DNA of 59,930 nt, the filler included, from Dugesia japonica (taxonomy: Eukaryota), in the NCBI GenBank assembly GCA_001938525.1. It is 6 parts of 6 records of this genome, joined end to end, with 100 filler letters (N's around TTAATTAATTAA, not from the genome) between each part and the next. Parts side by side here need not be neighbours in the genome. Positions count along the whole stretch, not along the records: positions 47,790 to 59,930 come from MQRL01594012.1; 5 more parts are not named here. One strand, written 5' to 3'. The translations under genes were made by a program, and so were the position numbers. Of the stretch, positions 49,049 through 59,930 are shown in pieces. Positions within the stretch are counted from its first letter, which is position 1. Each line of letters opens with the position of its first letter. Below the pieces are notes generated by a model. The model made no database searches. It saw only the letters and a list, made by a program, of their open reading frames with translations, and was not told the DNA's origin.

Positions 49049-50644
49049 GCAAGCGTTTGCATAATAAATAATCTAAATCAGTGGTCGCCAACCTTTGTGA
49101 CTTCACGGACGACTAATTCAATAATTTTTAATCCGACAGACCACTGATAAAATTTTTCTAATGATAAGTATATTTGTAAAATAATGATCATGGAACATTT
49201 TTTGTATTAATATTAAATGCATCTATTTCATGTTGACTGAACAAAATTATAAATCCTTTGTTATTTCTTATTTATGACAAAATATTATGTTAATATAATA
49301 TTGAAAAATTTATTAAATTTAAGCGTTTTAAAAATCTCAGAGCTAGTTATTCTGATTTGTAACGCTAATTGCACAAGAGTTCTTCTTTTGACCTCCACAG
49401 TTTTCCACGGATCAATGGATGGCGACCGCTGTAAGATAAATTTTAAAAGCAGATTTGAATTTTTTGTATTTTAAGGCGAAATTTATTGAAATCAGATTTT
49501 TTAAATATTTAAATTAGTATCATAAAAATAATTTATAAAATAAATAAATTATCATTTTCATTATTTATAAAATTAATAAATTATCATTTTCATTATTTAT
49601 AAAATTAATAAATTATCATTTTCATTATTTATAAAATTAATAAATGTGTATTAAAATTTTTATAATTTTGTTAAAATTTTCAAATTTCTGTTTGTCAATA
49701 AAATATATTTTCTTTACCATATTTTTAAATTTAGCATTAATAAAATTTTGAATAAAATAAAATATGTAAATTTGAAATTAAATAGAGAATAAAATATTAT
49801 CAATATTTTTTTAACTGTATTTTTAAATTTGACATTAAACAAATTTTAAATTAAAATATCTTACAAAATACTGATATTTGATATTTTCCGTGTTTGAGTA
49901 TGAATTTTTAAATTTGTTTGAAAAAAGCAAATTTATGTTTATAGNNNNNNNNNNNNNNNNNNNNNNNNNNNNNNNNNNNNNNNNNNNNNNNTTTTGTTTT
50001 GTGAATAAATCTTTTATGGAAAAACATACAAGATAGTTTTTGTTATGTGAATAAATCTTTTATGGAAACAAGTTTTGTCCTAAAAGATCCGATAAGTACT
50101 TGAGACTCATCTAACATTTTGAACACAAAAATTTCTTGCGGATCACCAGTGGTCCATGGATCAATGGTTGGCGACCACTTTATCTAATGACGGATAAAAA
50201 GACAAACAGATTATAATGAAATCATTCACATTAATTTGTGTCTATATGGTAAATGATAAACAATTAAATATCTGGAAATAAACAACTTCAAATTATAAAT
50301 GATCTATTACAAACATCATACTTTAAGATTTCTGACTTTAGGGCATGTTCGGAATATAATGAATATTGTCAATAGTGATCTAGTTTTTCAAGCTAAGTCA
50401 TTTGTAAACCATTAATCCATAAACCATTTTAAAAGATCGTTCATCAAATCATGAATACAATCTGTTTATTTTACCATCAATCACAGATAAATAATAGTAC
50501 AAAGTTCATAAAGAAAAAGAATATTTTCGGTTTGGTTGTCATTTACCATATAGACACAAGTTATTGTGTATGATTTCATAATAATCTGTTTTTCTTTTTA
50601 TCCGTCATTATATTATTTAGATTTTTTATCATGTAAATGCTTGC
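49049..50644. mobile_element. Fold-back MITE with ~100-bp inverted arms; left arm interrupted by a hAT element
   Basis: 49049-49078 plus 50185-50257 are the reverse complement of 50538-50644. Confidence 0.7.
49079..50180. mobile_element. hAT/Charlie-like non-autonomous element containing a 32-bp tandem repeat (~49535-49645)
   Basis: TIRs cagtggtcgccaacc / ggttggcgaccact; atctaa(a)t-like TSD; an internal second right-end copy at ~49405-49431. Confidence 0.8.
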
Positions 50645-52429
50645 TACATCAGTTAAAATAACCAAGTCTTCATATTTACAACCAGGGTTTGCCCGAACAA
50701 AAGCACAGCCCGATGCAAGGTTTCCTAGCAGGGTCTTGAAAGAAATTTCATACAAGAAACAATAATAAAAAAATTGCCATAAGTAGAATCAAAAGACGTT
50801 GTTTTAGTTTTTCTATTTACACGTATTAATATTACACTAGAAAAAAATTTATAAATACAATTAATCATATGTAATAAATTATTTTAAAGTTATATTAATT
50901 TTTTTAAAAAAACAAAAGATAAAAATAATTTATTAATAACATTTTATTTCAAAACGGAAACGACGCAGAGCCTTTTGCGGTCACACTGTTTGCAACGACT
51001 ATGTTTACAACTAATCATTTTTAAACAAGACTTTAAGAAGAATTCAATAATAATCCACATAAATCAGAAATCCAATTTTAATAGGATAATTGTTTTACAA
51101 TTGCAATTATTGCGAGAATAATTGTTGGACATAACCATTGATCGTTTTATAGAATTCANNNNNNNNNNNNNNNNNNNNNNNNNNNNNNNNNNNNNNNNNN
51201 NNNNNNNNNNNNNNNNNNNNNNNNNNNNNNNNNNNNNNNNNNNNNNNNNNNNNNNNNNNNNNNNNNNNNNNNNNNNNNNNNNNNNNNNNNNNNTTAATAG
51301 GATAAATTCAAGAAATAAATTAATCAAAAAAAATATTAGAAATGATGACTAAATAAATTAGAAACTAAACACATAAAAGGAAAGGGGATAATTAATAATA
51401 TTTCATTACATTATTATTTTTATTATTATTATTAATAAATAAATATTTTATTAATAAAATATCATCATCTCCGCATTACTGAGGTAGAAAATTCTAGGAT
51501 TTTCATATCTCGTAATTTTCTGTTCTATATTTAACTATTTATTAAAAAAGTTTGTCGGTGTGTCTCAGAGGATGGGAAGCAGTATTTACTCATCAACATG
51601 TAAACTGATTTAACTGTTTGATATTTTTACAAATACGATGAAAACTTCATAAACTTTCTCATTATTTAGTGTTTTCATATATTACAGACAANNNNNNNNN
51701 NNNNNNNNNNNNNNNNNNTTTTTTTTCTCACGATTCAATCAAGTTAATTAAATAAAATCATTATGGAAATTTTGAGGAATAGAGTAAGCTTATAAGTTAA
51801 AATACTAGCGCATATAATTTTTCAAAACGAAATAAAATATTTTTCATATCTTATTAATTATTACTAGTTAATTTTACACTAGTCCTGTTAAAAGAATATT
51901 GTTGCTGTGATTATTGGAATTGAGATTGGAGAACCGTATTTTCTCATTAATAACACGCGCCTAGTCGGTTTTTCACTTCTTNNNNNNNNNNNNNNNNNNN
52001 NNNNNNNNNNNNNNNNNNNNNNNNNNNNNNNNNNNNNNNNNNNNNNNNNNNNNNNNNNNNNNNNNNNNNNNNNNNNNNNNNNNNNNNNNNNNNNNNNNNN
52101 NNNNNNNNNNNNNNNNNNNNNNNNNNNNNNNNNNNNNNNNNNNNNNNNNNNNNNNNNNAACAATTGAAGATCTTACCTAGCAATAGATAAATATTTTCAC
52201 AACCTGTTCATTTTTTTTCTTTTAATGTGTTATATCGAGGAGAAAATAGAGTAATTGTAATTTATTAAAAAATTTAACGCCACCACTTATAAGTATTACT
52301 TCCACGGATTGTTATTGAGTGCGGACGATTTCTTGAAGAAACAAAAGTTATGAAAAATTAAAGAACGATATANTTTTATGAAATAATTTATTCTACAAGG
52401 TTATCAATAATCCATTGCTATTATCCAGG

Positions 52430-52975
52430 CTGCAGGATAATTATGCGTTCATCAAACCTGTTAAATTTATTGCAAAAAACTGTAACAATTGGATGTTGAC
52501 ATAATCATTATTGAAATTTTTACCATTAAAGTTTTGCTTAGAGCAAAAAAAAGGTCATCTGAAGGGGCTAGATCTAGGCCAATACATCTCAACCAAGCTC
52601 AAATAATTTGTATCAAGAGACCAATCAGAATTAATTCGTTATCGGCTTGATAAAATTTTAAAGTATATAATTTCTTGGAAATCCTATCTTAGTATCATAG
52701 CTTTTTTTGACGAATATCAATCTTGAATGACGCCTGTATTGTTTCCTCTTGCTCGCACTATGATCCTTTTCTAGGAACATTATGGTATACTATCCATTTA
52801 TTATCACCCGTTATTAGTTGAATCAAGGATTGATGATTTTTGTTGCGTTTGAAAAGCAAATCACATGTGTCAATGCGTTGTGTTTTGTGAATTTCTTTTA
52901 GTTCACGAGGAACTCACAAATCTCGTTTATTCACATAGCCAATCTTCTTTAGGTGGTTTTCAAAGCAGTGTAACT
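52430..52975 (-). mobile_element. Mariner transposase relic
   Basis: VPREL..RIDTCDLL..QLITGDNKWIVYHN and LDLAPSD motifs. Confidence 0.8.
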
Positions 52976-53389
52976 ATAAAGTCGATAGTATTGAATTGTT
53001 TTTAATTTCATGGATTAAACTAGAAATTTGGTATCAAGAAATTTTAACATACTTTTTACTCATCAAACTATACAAATTAATTCCTTTCACATTACATTCA
53101 GATATCCATACATACCAAATGCGTTGTAAATTATCATGATTTAGATTAAATTTCATTAGAATATTTACTTTTAGTCCATTGAAAATAGGAAAGAGATGAT
53201 TGAATTATATCCACTATCCACTCAGTTGATTTACAAGATCCATAATACTAATATAAGAATTAGTACAAAATATAAAAGGAGTTTTTATTTTTTGAAGATC
53301 CATGTTTCATAATTTAAGAAAAACAAAGAAATTAACTAATGAAATGGTTTTCTAATAATAAATTTGAACATTTTGAAATCCATACCAGT

Positions 53390-54162
53390 TAACACCTTGA
53401 CCGACAGCATATTTATTACCCCAACACTAAAATGCAAAACGTCACCATATTTATTTGTTAGTTCATTATTTCTGATAGACCAGTAAAAGAAATATCACTA
53501 GGAGGACATTATCTGTCATTCACAGGTATCCACGAATCCTGTCCAATGTCAATGCCACTTTCAGAATAAAACTCGACTAGGACAGGAGCAACAGTTTCAT
53601 TTGACAAAGTCATCATTTTAGTCTGTTTCATGGCTGCTTTCTCTGTAATATGATCTCGATTAGAATCATCTTCATTAAAATCATCATATGACGCCAATAA
53701 ATTCTGAAATAATGCTGCAACTTCGCTCGCTATCTTTCGTTTTTAGCTAATCACATATAACACTAATGTGATACAAATATAATATAATTCTAATATAGCA
53801 CGTATCAAATGAGGTTAAAATTTTATATAAGATCTGGGCGGATGACTGAAATAATTGAAACTTGATATAACAACATCAACTGATCATACTGCTCAGATAC
53901 CTGATTTGTATGCAGAGTTTCAATGTATCAGCTTACATATGCAGTGATTCATATAGCAAAAATCATAAAAATGCTTATTTTTATTCACCAGATGTCAGTA
54001 CAACTTCATAATTTTATCAACACGCCGATAGAAAAATTAGTTATACGCAGATACGCAGATGAAAGTATAAAGTCTATTTATAAAATATGAGATAACTAGT
54101 ATTCGGTACCTGACAAGTATAAATATTGTACGACAACTCATATCTGGCAGTCTACGATTTAA
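53390..54162 (-). mobile_element. Possible piggyBac 5' fragment
   Basis: Acidic N-terminus followed by SWIPVNDR*CPPSDISFTG (PGBD-like W...P...FTG); degenerate ggcagt..ttaa end near 54146-54162. Confidence 0.35.
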
Positions 54163-54874
54163 AGAACAATTTTGTATCAGTAACCGAAATCCATATTCAA
54201 TAACTCATTAGTTATACATTTACTTTTCATGTAACCTAAATGAAATTGAGAAATAATATTTATTTCAATTTTATTTAATCAAATCGAAATTATTATTCCA
54301 TAAAAATAATATTATTCCATGTTTAATATTTGTAATTTAAATAATTTTTCAAAAAATACACAAATGAAATTAAATTCCATATTTAATGGTTGATTGGTTT
54401 TTTTTTGTTGAAAATAATTGGTCTTTTTGTGGAAAACTATTAAATTCTGTGAATTGATGTTCCATATTTTATTTACTGAAAATAATTTTAAATGAAATTC
54501 ATTTTAGAAATGAAATAAACATATTGTTTAAAAAATGGTAACAATAAAACAATTTTAATAGAAATGTAACAGTTTAATTATTTCATCAAAAAAATAATTG
54601 ATATTTGAGTTTTTAATTTAAATTTATTTTACATAAATAATTCCAATGATTACGATTTATCAATTTCAAACCACTTGAAAACTATAGAAATTATCGATAA
54701 ATTAAAAATGAATCGAAATATTAATTAATGCAATATTATCAGCAATAAGATTTTCCATTAAAATTTAATTAATTACAAATTAAAATTAATTAAATCTAAA
54801 TTTCAAAACGTTATAATATATCTTAAACGAAATAAAAATTTAGTTCTAAAAGAGTACAAATTCGATTTTTTTAA

Positions 54875-55071
54875 CCCCGTTTCCCGCCATTTGGGGTACG
54901 CGACTATTAATGCTCTGCAGTTGGTGGTATTTGCTGGAATATTTTAACTGGCAACATAGTTACGTTCAAAAGAGTCTGAAGCGACATCTTTACAAAAAAT
55001 AATTTGTAATAGTTTTATAAGATTAGAGTTATAAGTTCTAGAATTGGGGAAAAATTTTGGCAGATAACGCG
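54875..55071. mobile_element. piggyBac-like MITE
   Basis: Flanked by TTAA on both sides; imperfect TIRs ccccgtttcccgcca / tggcagataacgcg. Confidence 0.6.
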
Positions 55072-56797
55072 TTAAAATATATTTATTATTTAAATCTCAA
55101 TTGATTTCTCATTTTGATTTTATAAACCATCAGAAATTTATTGATTTAATATCGTTTTGATGTTTCCAATTGAAAATAAATTTTACTTATTAAATTTGTT
55201 TTTCAAAATATTTATTTAAATCCAAAGTCAAATAAAGTGTTTTGAATTGATTTTGATCGAAACATTACATTTTTAAGCTTTGACCATCACAAGGACATCG
55301 CTACAGTTTAAGAAGGATTTTAAAGAAACATGAGAAATTTTATTGAAAAAGCAAAACGCGAAGAACATTTCATAAAAAAGTTGATTGATTGGTTTTTATA
55401 GTTGTGTACAAATTAATGTACAGTATATATATATCTTTAATGAATTATTTAATTGTTCTTTTTCAACGGCTATATATTTCCCACTTCGTATTAATCGTTA
55501 AAACAAACAAACTTGAATTTTTCTATAATAATATTAATTGATAATAAAATTATAAAAATACCGAAATCAAACTTTATATACAAATAAAAGACATAAAAAG
55601 ATGGAAAAATATAATTTGAATTATACGATACCTTATATAAAAGTCCAATATTTTATGGCAAAATGCGTAGAAATTGCCAAAATATAATAATTTCTCATAG
55701 AACGATTTGGAGGTTCCTTAAATTTAGAGGACACAGATATGCGCCAATTTTGCTGTTCGATAGTCCGCCACTGAATGTACTGTATGATATTGTTACTTTA
55801 TTGTTAGGTTTTAATTATTATTTTAATAAATGTAAATATAACCATTTATATCTGCATAATCTTGNNNNNNNNNNNNNNNNNNNNNNNNNNNNNNNNNNNN
55901 NNNNNNNNNNNNNNNNNNNNNNNNNNNNNNNNNNNNNNNNNNNTGTAGGTCAAATGTGAAAAAATCGTTAATAACCAGAATATTACAAAGCGGTTGTTTA
56001 ATTTAATATTAAATTATATAATTTAAAATAATAACAAAATACAAAAAAAAACAAATTTGCTTGTGAGTATTTATTTTCTAATTATTTTTCTTTTCTATTC
56101 GTCCAACAAAATTTTGTTGTGATTAGAAAAATTCTAAAGCTCTATAATTTAATTTTTAATCCCAATCTGGTTAACTTCGTTAAAATTAAATTTTCTTCAA
56201 AAATTACTCTAATACTATTCAAAAAATAATAATAATAATTTGAAATGAAAACTCGGTAATCACCACACTACTCAGTAGACAATTATTATTTCCTGAAATT
56301 ATACTTAATTATATTTGGTTGAGATTCTGAGATAAGACAAAAAGAACAAATAAACAAACCCACAGCTAATATTTATGAGAAACACTTTACACCTAAATAA
56401 ATATGTTAATTTCCTTTAAAGTTAGACAATATTCTTCAAAATATAAAATCAATAAAAAGAAGAAAAAATATTGAAGGAATAATTTTTTTTTGTAAAATAG
56501 AATTTTTCAATTTATATTTATTTATAATTTGTTAACTTTGTAAATTTAATTTTATATATATTTATTTATTAATAATATTTCTATTTTATTTACGGTTTTA
56601 TTTACTATGTTTTTCGTTTTCTTTAATCAATTTTTTCCACTCATTTGTTGTGTAATTATTTATCATTCAATCAATAAGTGAGATATTTGATTAATTTTAC
56701 AGATATTTTCTTGTTAAATGAAACATGATATTCAGTATGATTAAGATAATATATAATCAATTAAATATTGAATTTTCTCTTTATCATTTATCTATAA

Positions 56798-58599
56798 CAG
56801 TGGTTCACAACTAGGGCTTCCAATAACAGAATCCCGGGATTGTTATACTTTACTAAATTTTATCAATTAGAATAAATATTCTAATTTTATTTTAAAATGT
56901 TGTATATAATAAAATTTACAAGTTAACTATGACTATTTTTGTTTGAATGGCAGAGATTTTGGTTGAAGCTCTTTGTCGTAAGGACGCAAACCATATTACG
57001 ACAGACATCACTATTAGTTATACGTTGAAAAAACTGGAGGACGCAGATAATATTATTAGTCGAAAGATGTTTATAGCTTTAACTATTTGAACGAAGCAGC
57101 ATCGAATGGATTAAAAAGAGGACTTTTAAATTACCTACATAATAGCTTGAATAGAATCTGTTAACCCGACCGTTAGTTGGGTTTTGAAAACTCATCGAAT
57201 CNNNNNNNNNAGAATTCAAATTCATTACAACGATTTATTAATATAAAAAACTATAACGACACTAATTGAGTTTTTAAACAAATTAAATTCCTGTTTTAAA
57301 TTGGTGATCGTTTCTTAAGATTTTTTTAAAAATTCATTTAAAGCCATTTGATTTTTTATTAAGAATTTTAAAATAAATTTTCTTTTAATTTCAAAATTTA
57401 AAACAATTACTTATTAGCCATTTGATTTTTTAAAACAGATTTTTTTAAAATAAATTTTCTGTTTACTTATTAAAATTTAAAAACAATTACTTATTCGTAA
57501 TTTAATTTTTCATTTCAATTGAAATCTTTTTCAAAAAATATTTCAAGAAAAACGATCACCCACTACACAAAAATTTCAACTCACTCAAAACATACTCACA
57601 CCGACAAAGAGTTCATTATAGTTCCAACGCCAACTAAGAGCCGTAAATTAATTGTAGATCATCTTGAAAGATTGAATGCAACTTCCATAACAGAATTTTC
57701 TACAATAGTACCTGAAATTGATGAATTCGAAGATGTTTCTGTGCAGGAGGAAATCATTGAAACTATTTCTGTACAACCGTTAACTACAGCCGAAGAAATT
57801 AATAAAGCAATAAATGATGGCATGTCACGTCCATAACTGATACCACATCGATACGAATCGTTAACATCCAAACTCAAAAAAATAATGGCTCTACTTGAAA
57901 ATGGAGGGTCACGTGGCGATTATTAAAACTGTGTATACACATATTTAAAAACGAGAGAACCAATCAGTATCGAGTCAGAAAGACCCTTTTCTCCTGCAGA
58001 GTAATTTTGTAATACATTACCAAGTTCTTTGGGTGATAAGGTTCTAGGTGAGCTCTATTTCCTTAGATAGCACTTTCAACAACCAAAAAAACTTAATCAA
58101 TATTCAATTTTAATACTTCTTAATTTTCAAGATATATTTTATTTTCTAATGTGTATGAATTATCACTATATTTGTTTAATAAATAACGCGGTTTTTTATC
58201 ATTTCGTTTTATATTACTAATGAACTCTCATTATGTTACTAATTAAAAAATTTAATTTTGCACTGAATTTAAACAAAAGATCTAATTTTTACTGTACATT
58301 AATTTTGTTTAGCATAATAAGTCAGTCCTGTATTGATAAAATGTAATCCCGGATTGAAAATTATGTCCGTGATTGGAAACCCTATTCACAACATCATCAG
58401 TTTAATTCCAAGTCAAGGGCCATGCATGCAAAAACTTCAGGCCTAAAGTTGTGCATCTCTGATATTATAGGTACTATACTATATAACTTCGAAAATTTAA
58501 TATAGCACTGCTAGTATAGTATAACAGCTAGTATTTTGGAGGAGATCGTTGTGAATTCGTGAAATATTGGTTGTATAAAATTATATTTGTGCATCACTG
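56798..58599. mobile_element. Small hAT MITE (outer), split by an inner hAT element
   Basis: TIRs cagtggttcacaa / ttgtgcatcactg; perfect 8-bp TSD atctataa at 56790-56797 and 58600-58607. Confidence 0.8.
56812..58384 (+). mobile_element. Internally deleted hAT transposon (inner)
   Basis: TIRs tagggcttccaat / attggaaacccta; perfect TSD ttcacaac; transposase relics VEALCRKDAN.. and dimerisation-domain-like EPISIESERPFS..SSLGDKVLGELYFLR. Confidence 0.9.
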
Positions 58600-59129
58600 A
58601 TCTATAATAAAAAACCATTTTTATGACAGCAATAAAATGTTTCAATTAAAAATTTTGTAAAGTAACTTCTGGACAAATATTGGAGTCTATAAGAGGAATC
58701 CGTTACCATAATTAACTTATTTTAATTTTATTATAAAGTTATCACGCCTACCTCAAGATCGTAACGTAAAAAAACTTATCAAAGCAATGAAAAAACTACA
58801 CAAACAAAAATGATATCAATTTTATTAAAATATTTAAAATTTTAATAAATCATTACTCATTTTCCCATGGGTATACCATGCGAATTTTTAAATCGATTAT
58901 TGCAATATCATAAAGTGAAAAGAATTCATTGCTTTTCAAATTTTCTGCTTCTTGTAAAATTACTATAAGCACTTTTTCTGTGAAGAATTCTTTTTCGTTG
59001 ACTTTTTTCCTTTAAAATCCTGAATTCATTGTTTATAAATACTTTGGTGACTGAATAGACGAGTTTGTTAAGCAAAATAAATATCACATTTACCTCAAAA
59101 TCGTAAGGAATATTGATTGTTTAGAAATC

Positions 59130-59745
59130 GAGTCGGTTCCGATTATCCAAATTTGAGATTTGATAAGTATAAAAGAGTTATTGGATCTAGCAAGAATTTG
59201 GATTCCATAAACAAATTTCCACGAATGGCTACAAAATAGTCTAAGTGTCGGCATATGGACAATGATCGAAACAAATAATAGCTAGATGGCGCACAATCGT
59301 GGGAATATGGAAAATGTGGCATCAGCTCTCATTTTTTAGTCTTCTTTGCTGCATGTGATTTAGCGGTGTCTTGGTGAAGTATCACTTTCTTCGTTGACTA
59401 CTGCTAGCCGCTCAACTTTGAGAACGGCTGTCAAACGAATTAATTGTTCGCATTAAATGGCTACATTAAAGGTCTCGTCAGTCTTTAACATTTCTAAATG
59501 AATTATCTCCATGTAGTCCCACCATATGCACAATAGAATTTTCTTCGGGTGCAGCCCTAATTTGAAGGTATCGGTACTTGACCTGGAGATAACCATTGAA
59601 TTTTTTTTTAAATTTTCATGGAACACCCATTTCTCATCTCCAGTTACTATTTGCTTCCATAAGGGTTCAAGTTCATGGCAAAGGAGTATTGAATTCAAAA
59701 TTGAGAGACGTGATTCTTTCAATATCACTATTCCCATTTCAAAAT
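59130..59745 (-). mobile_element. Mariner transposase relic
   Basis: WKQIVTGDEKWVFHEN, GLHPKKILLCIWWD, LHQDTA and PHFPYSHDCAPSSYYLF motifs. Confidence 0.88.
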
Positions 59746-59930
59746 ATTTCTGATTTTGTTCAGCAAAAAATGCTTTCAGGTATATTTTGATACTGTCATC
59801 TGAATTTTATAATTACAATTATTGCGAGAATAATTGTTGGACTTAACCATTGATCCCATCTGAGATTTCATTAAAATAAGAAAAAGCTTCGATCAAAATA
59901 AAATTTATTTGTAAAAAAGTTCAAATTTTC

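Noticed and set aside
18101-55959. ORF-track entries dominated by X (e.g. 18101-18530, 19408-19638, 28415-28712, 32125-32307, 38282-38467, 51064-52183, 55663-55959)
   Set aside because: They are open only because N runs hide stop codons.

Overview
Very AT-rich animal (invertebrate) genomic DNA with short GT-AG introns. The composition and TE content would fit a planarian-like flatworm, but this is not verified. The window is not continuous: five artificial 100-nt spacers (44 N + TTAATTAATTAA + 44 N) join six ~9-12 kb contigs, and other N runs look like masked repeats or gaps. Host genes: the 3' exons of a polycystin-2/TRPP channel (-), an intronless Shaker/Kv1-type K+ channel (-), a 5.5-kb single exon of a large low-complexity protein (-), the 3' exons of the AP-1 sigma adaptin (+), and a single-exon LRR-like type I membrane protein (-). 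Most of the rest is TE debris: mariner, a complete Tigger/pogo, hAT elements (some nested), piggyBac-like pieces, Gypsy, Penelope-like GIY-YIG relics with hammerhead-core motifs, and a Polinton-type PolB relic. The most unusual object is a 3.1-kb element (41873-44991) bounded by TGTTGGG...CCCAACA with an ATAT target duplication. It has no recognisable transposase or RT, but is packed with short minus-strand ORF cassettes, most starting right after a 3' splice-acceptor-like AG in the same phase 1, and it ends in a conserved structured-RNA-like segment. A second array with the same architecture (35065-37182) and a diverged copy of its terminus (9255-9489) lie on other contigs.
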